Below, piece after piece: positions 9,317 through 18,643 of a stretch of DNA of 32,000 nt. How positions within the stretch are numbered: the stretch's first letter is position 1; the number at the start of each line of letters is the position of its first letter. The position numbers were made by a program, and so were the translations under genes. The notes beneath the pieces are model-generated. The model was not told where the DNA came from. It searched no databases and saw only the letters and a program-made list of their open reading frames with translations. This DNA is from Nitrosospira multiformis ATCC 25196 (GTDB taxonomy: Bacteria; Pseudomonadota; Gammaproteobacteria; Burkholderiales; Nitrosomonadaceae), in NCBI RefSeq assembly GCF_000196355.1, contig NC_007614.1:1980001-2012000 (forward strand), written 5' to 3'.

Positions 9317-10363
9317 TTACTGATTCGCGGAATAAGGTAGCGGCATAATTCCCAGTGCGGGACCCTCCAGCGATTTCCAGTGAATTTCACCTGCCTCGAC
9401 ACTGCTGGTCTGAATGACAGCCAATAGATCAGTTCCTCCGTCGGAGGACGATGCTGGGTTGACTACCATACCCGCAGATTGTTCCCCCAAGTCGGCGCTG
9501 AATAACTCATCCCCCGCTTCGATTGGCAGATCACCCGCTGCTGGACGAACATTTGCAAGATACATGCGCCGCTTTATTTTGCCGAGATACTGCGTGCGGG
9601 CAACGATTTCCTGGCCGGGATAACAACCTTTCTGAAAGCTTATCCCCCCGAGAGTATCCAGATTCACCATCTGGGGCACGAATTGTTCCTGGGTTGCGGG
9701 CAGGATGTGGGGAATACCTGCCCGGATTTCCAGCCAGTCCCAACAGGGCTTCCCTACCTGGGTCGCATTCCTGCTCAAATCTTCCCATATAGTGGGCGCC
9801 TGCTCGGGAAGAATGAGGAGTTGAAAGCGATCCTCCGCAAGACGGATGATGCTTCCTCTTTCGCCATGCCTCACTCCGAGAGGCACGACAGGAATTTCCC
9901 CCAGGATCTTCCTTAACAGGGCCGCAGCATGAGGGCCCGCGACCCCTATGTGGACCCAGGCTCCACTGCTGTCCGCCAATTTGACCTTGGCCCGCAGCAC
10001 ATACATGGCGAGGCGCTTCTGGATCCCCGCGAGCAAGATTGCAGGCAGCTGCATGAGATACCCGTCACCAGTCGTCCGCCAAATCAGAAAAGTCGCGAGA
10101 ATTCTGCCTTTGGGATTGCAATAGCTCCCGTAGGAGGCTGTTGAGGTAGTGGCGCGCCTTATATCGCAACTCAATTGTCCTTGCAGGAAAGTTTCCGCAT
10201 CCTCTCCCCAAAAGTGAATCAGGCCAAAATGAGAAAGATCACTCAGTACGTTGGCAGATCGGGTACTCTCAAGTTCGGCAGCAGCATTGCCGTAGCTGAC
10301 AATGCAGTCTTCCCGGAAAATCGCACCGCGGTGTTGCAGGTAGGAGTGCCAGACAGGATTCAT
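9317..10363 (-). CDS. ygfZ: YgfZ-family folate-binding protein (Fe-S cluster / tRNA modification associated)
   Basis: Carries the KGCYPGQE signature of YgfZ/GcvT-like proteins plus the FWGEDAETFLQGQLSCD N-terminal block. I prefer ATG 10363 (MNPVWHSYLQHRGA...) over the longest-ORF start at 10465, which would leave only 11 bp to the divergent neighbour. Confidence 0.8.
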   Translation of the reverse strand: MNPVWHSYLQHRGAIFREDCIVSYGNAAAELESTRSANVLSDLSHFGLIHFWGEDAETFLQGQLSCDIRRATTSTASYGSYCNPKGRILATFLIWRTTGDGYLMQLPAILLAGIQKRLAMYVLRAKVKLADSSGAWVHIGVAGPHAAALLRKILGEIPVVPLGVRHGERGSIIRLAEDRFQLLILPEQAPTIWEDLSRNATQVGKPCWDWLEIRAGIPHILPATQEQFVPQMVNLDTLGGISFQKGCYPGQEIVARTQYLGKIKRRMYLANVRPAAGDLPIEAGDELFSADLGEQSAGMVVNPASSSDGGTDLLAVIQTSSVEAGEIHWKSLEGPALGIMPLPYSANQ

Positions 10364-10476
10364 GTTAAGGCAGGTATTGGTCAAAGAAGCCCCAAAAGAG
10401 TTAATTATAAAGCATACACTCGAGCTGGGCGGCAAATTGCCCGCATTGAGATAACAGCTCATCAATATTTTAGAAC

Positions 10477-10992
10477 ATGCAACCCGTTGTGCAACGCTCC
10501 GTGCCTTCCCTCGTCGTCCATCTGAAACCCTCGCGTAGATTAGGAATAGTCCTCAGCTTCGCGCACTTTGTGGCTATTGTATTGTTGTGGCCCCTGACGT
10601 TGCCCCTTTCAGCCAAATTGACGGGCTCCGCTTTGCTCGTCATCAGCCTTGTTTTCTACCTGAAGCGCTATGCATTGTTGTGCTCGCCGGATTCCGTTTC
10701 CGGCCTCGAAGTAACCGATGAAATGGTGTTTACCCTGAATATGCGGGATGGAGGGCAGATCGCCTGTGCCTTGCTTGGCAGCAGTTTCGTCGCACCCTAT
10801 CTGACGGTGCTCGACTTGAGACCCCTGAAAATCGATAAGACAGACGCATCTCCACGACAGTGGAGCCGGTATTTTTCGCGCAGTGTCGTAATCCTTCCCG
10901 ATGGAATAAACTCGGAAGAATTCAGGCAGCTACGGGTGCTGTTGCGATGGAAATGGAGAAGCCGGAGAGGCGAATTGAGGCGGCTTGAATAG
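10477..10992 (+). CDS. YgfX/CptA-like small inner-membrane protein (two TM helices)
   Basis: 171 aa. It has two adjacent hydrophobic helices (LGIVLSFAHFVAIVLLWPLTLPL, LTGSALLVISLVFYL), then ...VVILPDGINSEEFRQLRVLLRW. This resembles the ...DS..xxEWRxLRRxL tail of E. coli YgfX (CptA). It lies next to ygfZ, as in E. coli. Confidence 0.5.
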   Translation: MQPVVQRSVPSLVVHLKPSRRLGIVLSFAHFVAIVLLWPLTLPLSAKLTGSALLVISLVFYLKRYALLCSPDSVSGLEVTDEMVFTLNMRDGGQIACALLGSSFVAPYLTVLDLRPLKIDKTDASPRQWSRYFSRSVVILPDGINSEEFRQLRVLLRWKWRSRRGELRRLE

Positions 10993-11140
10993 TCGGCTGT
11001 TTTTGTAATGATTCACATCAATTACCCCTTCCCGGGTTATGCATAAAACGTATAAACAAATGAATTAATATTGGTTCACTGGAGAAAACAGAACTGATAA
11101 CTTTCAGGTGTGGTTATTCTCCATTGTTGTTGTGATTTTC

Positions 11141-11178
11141 AAGGCGCTGGCCATCGGCTCGCGCCTTTTCTTTATCAC
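11141..11178 (+). terminator. Terminator-like hairpin between the ygfX-like gene and cysB
   Basis: AAGGCGC (11141-11147) pairs with GCGCCTT (11161-11167), with an inner GCC/GGC pairing, followed by TTCTTTAT. The U-tract is imperfect, and the reverse orientation has no T-run. Confidence 0.35.
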
Positions 11179-11273
11179 ACCCCCGGAAAGCCATACTGAT
11201 TTTTGAATGAGCATTCCACATCCATCATTGCTCGAAACCGATCACGACAATAACAGGCTGCAGGCTTATAAAT

Positions 11274-12218
11274 ATGAACTTTCAACAATTGCGCATCATC
11301 CATGAGACAGTCCGCCAGAACTATAACCTGACCGAAGCGGCCAATGCCCTGTTCACTTCCCAGTCCGGCGTCAGCAAACACATCAAGGATCTTGAAGATG
11401 AATTGGGCGTCGAATTATTCGTGCGCAAAGGCAAACGGCTGCTCGGCCTGACCAATCCGGGCAAGGAGTTGATAGAGATTGTCGAGCGCATCCTTCTGGA
11501 TGCAAAGAATGTCAAGCGTCTGGCTGAACAGTTCAGCAAGCGGGATAAAGGACGGCTGACCATCGCCACTACCCACACGCAGGCGCAGTACGCACTCCCT
11601 ACGGTGGTCACGCAATTCAAGAAAACCTTTCCCCAGGTGCATCTCGTCCTGCACCAGGCCAGCCCCGGCGAAATCGTATCGATGCTGCTGGACGGGGTGG
11701 CCGATATCGGCATTGCCACCGAAGCATTGGAGAGTGTCGCAGAACTGGCCTCTTTTCCTTATTACTCGTGGCACCACGCTGTCATTGTGCCGCCCGGACA
11801 CCCGCTGGAAGCAATACAGCCGCTCACGCTTGAAGGCATTGCAGAGTTCCCGATCATCACTTATCACGAAGGCTTTACCGGCCGGGCGGGAATTGATCAG
11901 ACGTTCGCCGGGGCAGGATTGGTGCTCGACATCGCCATGTCCGCACTCGATGCGGACGTCATCAAAACGTACGTGGAACTGGGGCTGGGGGTGGGTCTCG
12001 TTGCGTCGATGGCCTTCAATCCCGTGCGGGACACCCGGCTGACGCTGCTGGACAGTTCCCACCTGTTCGGGCAAAACATCACCCACATCTCGATCCGCCG
12101 CGGTCATTACCTGCGGGGATACGCCTACCGGTTCATCGAGCTTTGCCTTCCTTCCCTGACGGAAGCCGCTATCCGCGCGGGCGTGAGGCCGCGAGCGGGA
12201 GTGGAACTGGGCGACTGA
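11274..12218 (+). CDS. cysB: CysB/Cbl-family LysR-type transcriptional regulator
   Basis: 314 aa. MNFQQLRIIHETVRQNYNLTEAANALFTSQSGVSKHIKDLEDELGVELF aligns by eye with the E. coli CysB N-terminus ([49 protein letters not shown]). The ATTHTQAQYALP motif is also shared. Confidence 0.85.
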   Translation: MNFQQLRIIHETVRQNYNLTEAANALFTSQSGVSKHIKDLEDELGVELFVRKGKRLLGLTNPGKELIEIVERILLDAKNVKRLAEQFSKRDKGRLTIATTHTQAQYALPTVVTQFKKTFPQVHLVLHQASPGEIVSMLLDGVADIGIATEALESVAELASFPYYSWHHAVIVPPGHPLEAIQPLTLEGIAEFPIITYHEGFTGRAGIDQTFAGAGLVLDIAMSALDADVIKTYVELGLGVGLVASMAFNPVRDTRLTLLDSSHLFGQNITHISIRRGHYLRGYAYRFIELCLPSLTEAAIRAGVRPRAGVELGD

Positions 12219-12282
12219 TTGCCGAACCGATCGGAAAACCGTTTGAACCGCAGGAGATATAGGCTTTCTCAAGCTTATAGTT

Positions 12283-14112
12283 CTATGCGTCTTCCCCCAG
12301 AAAACCGCCACTCTGATGCTCCCAAAGCCCGGCATAGAGGCCGTTCATCCCGATCAGGCTTTGATGTGTTCCTTCCTCCACGATCCGCCCCTTGTCGATC
12401 ACGATCAACCGATCCATGGCAGCAATGGTCGATAGGCGATGCGCTATGGCGATCACCGTCTTGCCCTCCATCAGGCGGTAGAGGCTGGACTGGATGACTG
12501 ACTCCACTTCAGAGTCCAGCGCGCTGGTCGCTTCGTCAAGCAGAAGAATCGGTGCGTTTTTTAGCATTACTCTCGCTATGGCGATCCGCTGGCGCTGCCC
12601 GCCCGAAAGCTTTATCCCGCGCTCCCCCACATGCGCATCATAGCCAGAGCGTCCCGCAGGATCTGTCAGGTCCATAATAAAATCGTGGGCCTCCGCCTTT
12701 TTCGCGGCGGCCACCGTTTCCGCATCGGTGGCATCAGGTCGACCATAAGCGATGTTGTCCCTTACCGAACGATGCATGAGGGATGTATCCTGCGTAACCA
12801 TGCCGATATTGGCGCGCAAACTGTCCTGAGTAACATACCGGATGTCCTGCCCGTCGATCAGTATCCGCCCCTCCTCCACATCATAAAAGCGAAGCAGCAA
12901 GTTGACGAGAGTGGATTTACCCGCGCCCGAGCGTCCGACCAGACCGATTTTTTCGCCCGGCCTGATATGCAGCGAAAGATGGTCTATTACGGGGACGTCA
13001 CTCCCGTAACCGAAAACCACATTCTCAAACCGTATCTCGGCAGTTTTTATCTGAAGACGTTTTGCATCGGGATGATCGGTCACCATATGGGGACGTGACA
13101 AAGTTGTGATTCCATCGCGTACGGTACCCACCTGTTCGAACAATGAAGTCATTTCCCACATGACCCAATGCGACATCCCGTTAAGCCGCAATGACATGGC
13201 ACCGACGGCCGCCACCGCGCCCACGCCGATCTGCCCATCCACCCACAACAGCAAGGCAACCGCAACTGCGCTGATGATGAGACATGCCCCCATCACCTGG
13301 TTCACGGTTTCAAACCAGGTGATCAACCTCATCTGGCTATGTACTGTCCCCAGAAACTCCTGCATCGCCAGTTTGGCATAACCGGCCTCCCTGCCAGCGT
13401 GAGAGAAGAGTTTTACGGTGGCGATATTGGTATAAGCATCACTGATGCGCCCCGTCATCAAGGCGCGCGCATCCGCCTGAGATTGGGATACACGGCTGAG
13501 CTTGGGCACGAAATAGCGCAGTGCGCAAAGATAGAGAGCAAACCAGCCTGCGAAAGGTACCAATATCCAGAGATCAAACGTCCCGACGACGGCCACCAGA
13601 GTAAAAAAGTAAATCGTTACATAGACCAGTATATCGCCGAGAATAAAGCAGACATCGCGCAGCGCGAGAGCGGTTTGCATCACCTTGGCCGCCACCCGCC
13701 CCGCAAATTCATCCTGATAGAAGTGCATGCTCTGGTTCAGCATCAGGCGATGGAAATTCCAGCGCAGACGCATCGGAAAATTCCCCCCCAACACCTGATG
13801 CTTGACGAGGTTTTGTATACCGACCAACAGGGGGCTTGCAACCAGCAGTCCAGCAAACAGAAGAAGCGTGTTCCGCTCCTGTTCCCATAGAAGAGAGGGC
13901 GGGATCTGGTTGAGCCAGTCGACGACTTTTCCCAGCATCGCGAACAACAAGGCTTCAAACGCACCGATTGATGCGGTAAGCAGCGTCATTGCCACCAGGT
14001 ATCGTCTTACACCCTCGGTTGCCTCCCAGATAAAGGTAAAAAAACCTTTTGGGGGAATCCTGTCGGTGGGATCGGGATAGGGGTAAATCAGTTTCTCGAA
14101 ATAGCTGAGCAT
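12283..14112 (-). CDS. ABC transporter, fused permease/ATPase (exporter type)
   Basis: 609 aa. The N-terminal half is multi-TM. Walker A is GRSGAGKST, the ABC signature is LSGGQRQR, and Walker B is ILLLDEATSALD. Substrate unknown. Confidence 0.85.
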   Translation of the reverse strand: MLSYFEKLIYPYPDPTDRIPPKGFFTFIWEATEGVRRYLVAMTLLTASIGAFEALLFAMLGKVVDWLNQIPPSLLWEQERNTLLLFAGLLVASPLLVGIQNLVKHQVLGGNFPMRLRWNFHRLMLNQSMHFYQDEFAGRVAAKVMQTALALRDVCFILGDILVYVTIYFFTLVAVVGTFDLWILVPFAGWFALYLCALRYFVPKLSRVSQSQADARALMTGRISDAYTNIATVKLFSHAGREAGYAKLAMQEFLGTVHSQMRLITWFETVNQVMGACLIISAVAVALLLWVDGQIGVGAVAAVGAMSLRLNGMSHWVMWEMTSLFEQVGTVRDGITTLSRPHMVTDHPDAKRLQIKTAEIRFENVVFGYGSDVPVIDHLSLHIRPGEKIGLVGRSGAGKSTLVNLLLRFYDVEEGRILIDGQDIRYVTQDSLRANIGMVTQDTSLMHRSVRDNIAYGRPDATDAETVAAAKKAEAHDFIMDLTDPAGRSGYDAHVGERGIKLSGGQRQRIAIARVMLKNAPILLLDEATSALDSEVESVIQSSLYRLMEGKTVIAIAHRLSTIAAMDRLIVIDKGRIVEEGTHQSLIGMNGLYAGLWEHQSGGFLGEDA

Positions 14113-14306
14113 TTAAACCATTGTAGGAATCTATAGCGAATCATGCCAAATCCGGTGTGACCAGATTCGATCTTTGGTGGGCCGTATGACCACTGTGGGA
14201 AGGAGATATTCCGCCTGCTGTCTGAATACTTCCCGAAAACGAGGCAGGATATACAATAACATTGTTCTCCATTGCATTCTCGATCAATCACTCTTTGCGA
14301 CTATCC

Positions 14307-15242
14307 ATGCCTGGCGCTTATGCACACCTCACCATGGTGAACCTGGTCAAGGAACCGGACCGGCTTGAAAAGCAGGGGTTTCCTCCGGAAGCAATTGTCT
14401 CGATATTGGATTACTTCCGTTTCTGTGAGCTTGGCGCCGTGAGCCCTGATTATCCCTATCTGGACATTGCTCACTCCAGTGCTGGCCAGTGGGCGGATCG
14501 AATGCACTATCAGAGAACCGGCGACATGATCAAGGCAGGGGTCGAATGGATCAGAAGACTCGATGGAGCATCCCGGCAAAAAGCATTTTCATGGCTGCTG
14601 GGATACACCAGCCATGTCGTTACTGATACGACCATTCATCCCGTCATCGAACTCAAGGTGGGTGAATACCAGAAGAACAAGGATAAGCACCGGATATGCG
14701 AGATGCATCAGGATGCCTATATTTTCCAACGATTGAATCTCGGTGAGATAGGCCTGGCGGAACATCTGGATTCCGGAATCTGGAGCTGCTGCGATAAACC
14801 TGGCAGCGGAAAACTCGATTCCGTCATTACCCGCACGTGGCAGAGTATGCTTGAAACCTGCTATGCCGGCGCCTGCCAAACCGACCCTCCCCTCATCGAC
14901 AACTGGCACGGCGCATTCAAGTTCGTTGTCGACAAAGCGGAAGAAGGCCATGCCCTTCCTCCTTTTGCGCGGCATGTCGCCGCCAACCTCGGTTTGACCT
15001 ACCCTGCGGTTGCCGATCTCGATCCCCAATATCTGGAAAGCCTTGCGACCCCGCTTGAAGCGATGAGCTATGATGCGATATTTGATCGTGCCCTGGAGAA
15101 TGTTCTTGCCACCGGGTCCCTCATTGCCAAGGCCGTCTTCCAAAATGATAATAGCTACGCGACGGCCCTGGTGAATTGCAATCTGGATACAGGAAAAGAT
15201 GATCAGGGCAACCACATCTATTGGAAAAAGGGTGTCTCGTGA
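14307..15242 (+). CDS. Zinc-dependent phospholipase C-like family protein
   Basis: Starts MPGAYAHLTMV..., and has His/Asp-rich blocks LGYTSHVVTDTTIHP and EMHQDAY typical of the Zn-dependent PLC fold. No signal peptide. I prefer ATG 14307 over the ORF-track start at 14262. Confidence 0.55.
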   Translation: MPGAYAHLTMVNLVKEPDRLEKQGFPPEAIVSILDYFRFCELGAVSPDYPYLDIAHSSAGQWADRMHYQRTGDMIKAGVEWIRRLDGASRQKAFSWLLGYTSHVVTDTTIHPVIELKVGEYQKNKDKHRICEMHQDAYIFQRLNLGEIGLAEHLDSGIWSCCDKPGSGKLDSVITRTWQSMLETCYAGACQTDPPLIDNWHGAFKFVVDKAEEGHALPPFARHVAANLGLTYPAVADLDPQYLESLATPLEAMSYDAIFDRALENVLATGSLIAKAVFQNDNSYATALVNCNLDTGKDDQGNHIYWKKGVS

Positions 15243-15676
15243 GCATACGTCCCGCCGGTATCCGTGTCAGCATAACTATCATGCTTGTACTATCGCTCGT
15301 TGCAGGTTGCGCCCCCACCCCAAAACTTCCTTACAGCGAAGAGATGTTTATCAAGGCTTCTGCACTGACCAAGCTCGCCAGCGCAGTAGAATCCACCGTC
15401 CGCTACAAGAATCCCCCGCCCGGGCTCGATGAAAAGGATTTGCTCATGCGGGCGACGCAACATGAGCCGGCATTGCTGCGAAACTTTAAAGGCTACAAGG
15501 TGAGAGTGCTGCGCCAGGACAAGCACTCCGTCGTGCTGGTTTGCGATGCCTCCGCGCAACGCGCCCTTCTCGAAGACGCAGGATGCTCCGGGCGCATGGA
15601 TCGTCACCGCTGGATGGGCAAGCCGCAGCCATGCGAGTTTTCGATTGATACGAAAGAAGTGTGCACAAGAAATTGA
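15239..15676 (+). CDS. Small lipoprotein of unknown function
   Basis: GTG 15239 overlaps the upstream stop (GTGA). Signal peptide with lipobox: MSIRPAGIRVSITIMLVLSLVAG|C. The mature part has four more Cys and matches no family I recognise. TTG 15221 is an alternative start. Confidence 0.6.
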   Translation: MSIRPAGIRVSITIMLVLSLVAGCAPTPKLPYSEEMFIKASALTKLASAVESTVRYKNPPPGLDEKDLLMRATQHEPALLRNFKGYKVRVLRQDKHSVVLVCDASAQRALLEDAGCSGRMDRHRWMGKPQPCEFSIDTKEVCTRN

Positions 15677-15711
15677 CGAAACCCACTATCATTCTTACAG
15701 CAGAGCCCTCT

Positions 15712-17316
15712 TTACTGTCCCCGCTTCAACACCGTATCCCTTGCCTCCGGCAGTAAGTCCGGGTAATCCTTGCTGTAGTGTAGTCCCCGGCTTTCATGCC
15801 GCAGCATCGCACTTTGTACGATCAAACCGGCGGTATCCACCAGGTTGCGCAATTCCAGCAGATCGTTGGTGACGTGGAAATTCGCGTAGTATTCGTTGAT
15901 CTCTTCACGCAAAAGATTGATGCGGTGCTGCGCGCGCTGTAAACGTTTAGTGGTGCGGACGATGCCAACGTAGCTCCACATGAAGCGCCGCAGTTCATCC
16001 CAGTTATGGGAAATGACGATTTCCTCATCGGCATTGGTCACGCGGCTTTCATCCCATTGCGGCAATGCGGTGAGAGGTTCAGGGGTCTGCTGCATGATAT
16101 CCCGTGCCGCGGCCTGCCCGAATACCAGGCACTCGAGCAGTGAATTGCTTGCCAGGCGGTTGGCTCCATGCAGACCCGTGTGGGCGGTTTCGCCAATCGC
16201 ATAAAGATTGTCCAGGTCGGTCTTGCCGTTCCAATCGGTGACGACACCGCCACATGTATAGTGAGCCGCAGGCACCACAGGTATCGGTTCTTTGGTGATA
16301 TCAATTCCGAATTCCAGGCAGCGCTGGTAAATGGTCGGAAAATGCTCCTTCAGGAAGTTTGCCGGCTTGTGCGAGATATCCAGGTACACACAGTCGAGCC
16401 CGCGCTTCTTCATTTCAAAGTCAATTGCACGCGCAACGATGTCACGCGGCGCAAGTTCCGCACGTTCATCATGCGCGGGCATGAAACGCGTCCCGTCCGG
16501 CAGTTTCAGCAGGCCGCCCTCGCCTCGCACCGCTTCGCTGATGAGGAACGATTTGGCGTGAGGATGATAAAGGCAGGTTGGATGAAACTGGATAAACTCC
16601 ATATTCGCTATGCGGCAACCCGCGCGCCAGCCCATGGCGATGCCATCGCCGGTCGCAGTATCCGGATTGGTAGTGTAAAGATAGACCTTGCCCGCTCCAC
16701 CTGTCGCCAGCACGGTGTTATTCGCCGCTATGGTGCGCACCCTCCCTTCCCTGCTGTCCAGCACATAAGCGCCCAGGCAGCGATTGCCCTTCTTGCAGGG
16801 AGGTTCGATACGGCCGGCCAGTTTGGCGCTTGTTATGAGGTCGATTGCAACGTGATACTCGAGCACGGTGATATTGGGGTGGGCATGCGCTCTTTCGATC
16901 AATGTCAATTGCACTGCCTTGCCGGTCGCATCCGCCGCGTGAATGACGCGGCGAACGCTATGACCGCCCTCACGCGTCAGGTGATAACCGGTTCCATTAC
17001 CGCCGTCGCGCGTGAAAGGCACTCCCTGCTCAATCAGCCATTGGACGGCTTGAGGACCATTTTCCACCACATATCGCGTCACTTCTTCATTGCAAAGACC
17101 CGCACCTGCGACAAGCGTATCGTGGATGTGAGCTTCGGGTGAGTCTTCTTCCGATAGTGTTGCGGCGATTCCTCCCTGCGCCCACCCGCTTGCCCCATCG
17201 AGCAAGGCACGCTTGGTGATGAGGCCCACTTTCCTGTTTTGCGCCAGATTGAGCGCAAGAGTGAGCCCGGCCAGGCCGCTGCCAATTATCAGAGTATCGA
17301 AAGTAAGCTGTGGCAC
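15712..17316 (-). CDS. nadB: L-aspartate oxidase
   Basis: 534 aa. FAD-binding N-terminus [16 protein letters not shown]. NadB/succinate-dehydrogenase flavoprotein blocks are present throughout ([41 protein letters not shown]). Confidence 0.95.
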   Translation of the reverse strand: MPQLTFDTLIIGSGLAGLTLALNLAQNRKVGLITKRALLDGASGWAQGGIAATLSEEDSPEAHIHDTLVAGAGLCNEEVTRYVVENGPQAVQWLIEQGVPFTRDGGNGTGYHLTREGGHSVRRVIHAADATGKAVQLTLIERAHAHPNITVLEYHVAIDLITSAKLAGRIEPPCKKGNRCLGAYVLDSREGRVRTIAANNTVLATGGAGKVYLYTTNPDTATGDGIAMGWRAGCRIANMEFIQFHPTCLYHPHAKSFLISEAVRGEGGLLKLPDGTRFMPAHDERAELAPRDIVARAIDFEMKKRGLDCVYLDISHKPANFLKEHFPTIYQRCLEFGIDITKEPIPVVPAAHYTCGGVVTDWNGKTDLDNLYAIGETAHTGLHGANRLASNSLLECLVFGQAAARDIMQQTPEPLTALPQWDESRVTNADEEIVISHNWDELRRFMWSYVGIVRTTKRLQRAQHRINLLREEINEYYANFHVTNDLLELRNLVDTAGLIVQSAMLRHESRGLHYSKDYPDLLPEARDTVLKRGQ

Positions 17317-17468
17317 TGGTCGTCGTTATTTTGTTCTTATGAGCAGGGAATGATAACAGACCTGGCGGATGCTTTTACGCCAGCAAAGTCGATAGGTCAG
17401 AGGTTGATCTTTCGCCTCACTTCATTCTTTCCGTGGGCACTCGCGATTCCAACTCCAATCAACGAAGA

Positions 17469-18437
17469 TCAATCGGACTCCGTCGACACCGGGCAATAAT
17501 GACTGATGGTTCCCTGTTCGATCTCCAGGGTACTGTGGTGGATCGCATAGTGCGATTCAAGGTTGTTCCTGATATTGTCCATGAATGCATCCCCCGGGTA
17601 GCCGTCCGGCATGACGAGGTGGACAGTGAGGGCGCTCTCGGTCGTACTCAAACCCCATATATGCAGGTCATGTACGTCCGTCACACCCGGCTGGTTACGC
17701 AGAAAAGATTCGATCGCGGCAATATCGATATGCGGGGGCACGGCGCTGAGCGCAAGCTGAACCGAGTCGCGCAGAAGACCCCATGTATTGAACATAATGA
17801 CGGTAACGACCATCAGGCTGATCACCGGGTCGAGCCAATACCATTGCGTAAAAAGGATCGCCACCCCCGATACGAGCACGCCTGCCGAAACAGCGGCATC
17901 TGTCGCCATGTGCAGGAAAGCGCCATGAATATTCAGGTCCTCTTTGCTCCCCTTCAAAAACAACCAGGCAGACAGACCGTTGATCAGAAGACCAGCGGCT
18001 GCGACGGAAGCAACGGTGAGGCCCGCTACCAGCGGCGGTTGTGAAAACCGCTGAAAAGCTTCCCAGGCGATTGCCCCGCACGCCACCAGAAGCAGAACAG
18101 CATTTGCCAGCGCGGCGAGTATCGAAGTGCTGCGCAAACCATAGGTATAACGTTCGCTCGGAGCCTTGCGGCTCAAAATCGCCGCTCCCCAGGCTAACGC
18201 AAGCCCGAGCACATCCGACAAATTATGCCCAGCATCCGCCATGAGTGCCGTCGAGTTGGCGGCAAAGCCGTAAGCGAATTCAACCACGACAAAGCCGGCA
18301 TTTAAGGCGATAGCAATAACGAACGCACGTCCGTGATCGGGTGCGGGAGAATGGTTATGGTATCCAGGGTGCCTGGTATGAGATGGCATGTTGGAAAAAC
18401 CGGGGCCGCGACTGTGATGATTTGCCATTTGCCTCAA
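17469..18437 (-). CDS. Cation diffusion facilitator (CzcD/ZitB-like) metal efflux protein
   Basis: 322 aa. His-rich N-terminus (HHSRGPG...HTRHPGYHNHSPAPDHG), six TM segments, and CDF motifs ALMADAGHNLSDV and HMATDAAVS. The start could be an internal Met. Confidence 0.85.
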   Translation of the reverse strand: MRQMANHHSRGPGFSNMPSHTRHPGYHNHSPAPDHGRAFVIAIALNAGFVVVEFAYGFAANSTALMADAGHNLSDVLGLALAWGAAILSRKAPSERYTYGLRSTSILAALANAVLLLVACGAIAWEAFQRFSQPPLVAGLTVASVAAAGLLINGLSAWLFLKGSKEDLNIHGAFLHMATDAAVSAGVLVSGVAILFTQWYWLDPVISLMVVTVIMFNTWGLLRDSVQLALSAVPPHIDIAAIESFLRNQPGVTDVHDLHIWGLSTTESALTVHLVMPDGYPGDAFMDNIRNNLESHYAIHHSTLEIEQGTISHYCPVSTESD

Positions 18438-18643
18438 TCTGAATGGAAGACGCGTAAGCCGAACAATGATAGCAACAATCCACCCCTATTCCTGCTCCCC
18501 CATTCCCCCTCTTTCCCGGCTCTGAATTTTTTGTCTGCTAGCGTACAGAATGTGAGCCAGGGCGGGCGCACATTATGGACTAGCGGGTTTGAGAAAACTC
18601 CTCGATCCCGAAGAATTTCCCAAAAATGGAAAAGGAGATGACC

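Noticed and set aside
11108-11206. 32-aa hydrophobic small ORF (MWLFSIVVVIFKALAIGSRLFFITPPESHTDF) upstream of cysB
   Set aside because: It has a GTG start without a Shine-Dalgarno and overlaps the terminator-like hairpin. It competes with another frame, so there is not enough evidence to call a small membrane protein.
15239-15676. The small lipoprotein as a relocated PelC
   Set aside because: Size and lipobox are compatible. However, I see no sequence resemblance to PelC, and it is translationally coupled to an unrelated PLC-like gene 6 kb from the pel operon.
16168-17142. 324-aa plus-strand ORF
   Set aside because: It lies entirely antisense to nadB, whose identity is unambiguous. It is an Arg-rich shadow ORF. 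The same applies to 11415-12335 (antisense to cysB), 22535-23380 (antisense to degP and the grx-like gene), 6389-7066 (antisense to pelA) and 31051-31863 (antisense to pdxJ/acpS/nagZ).
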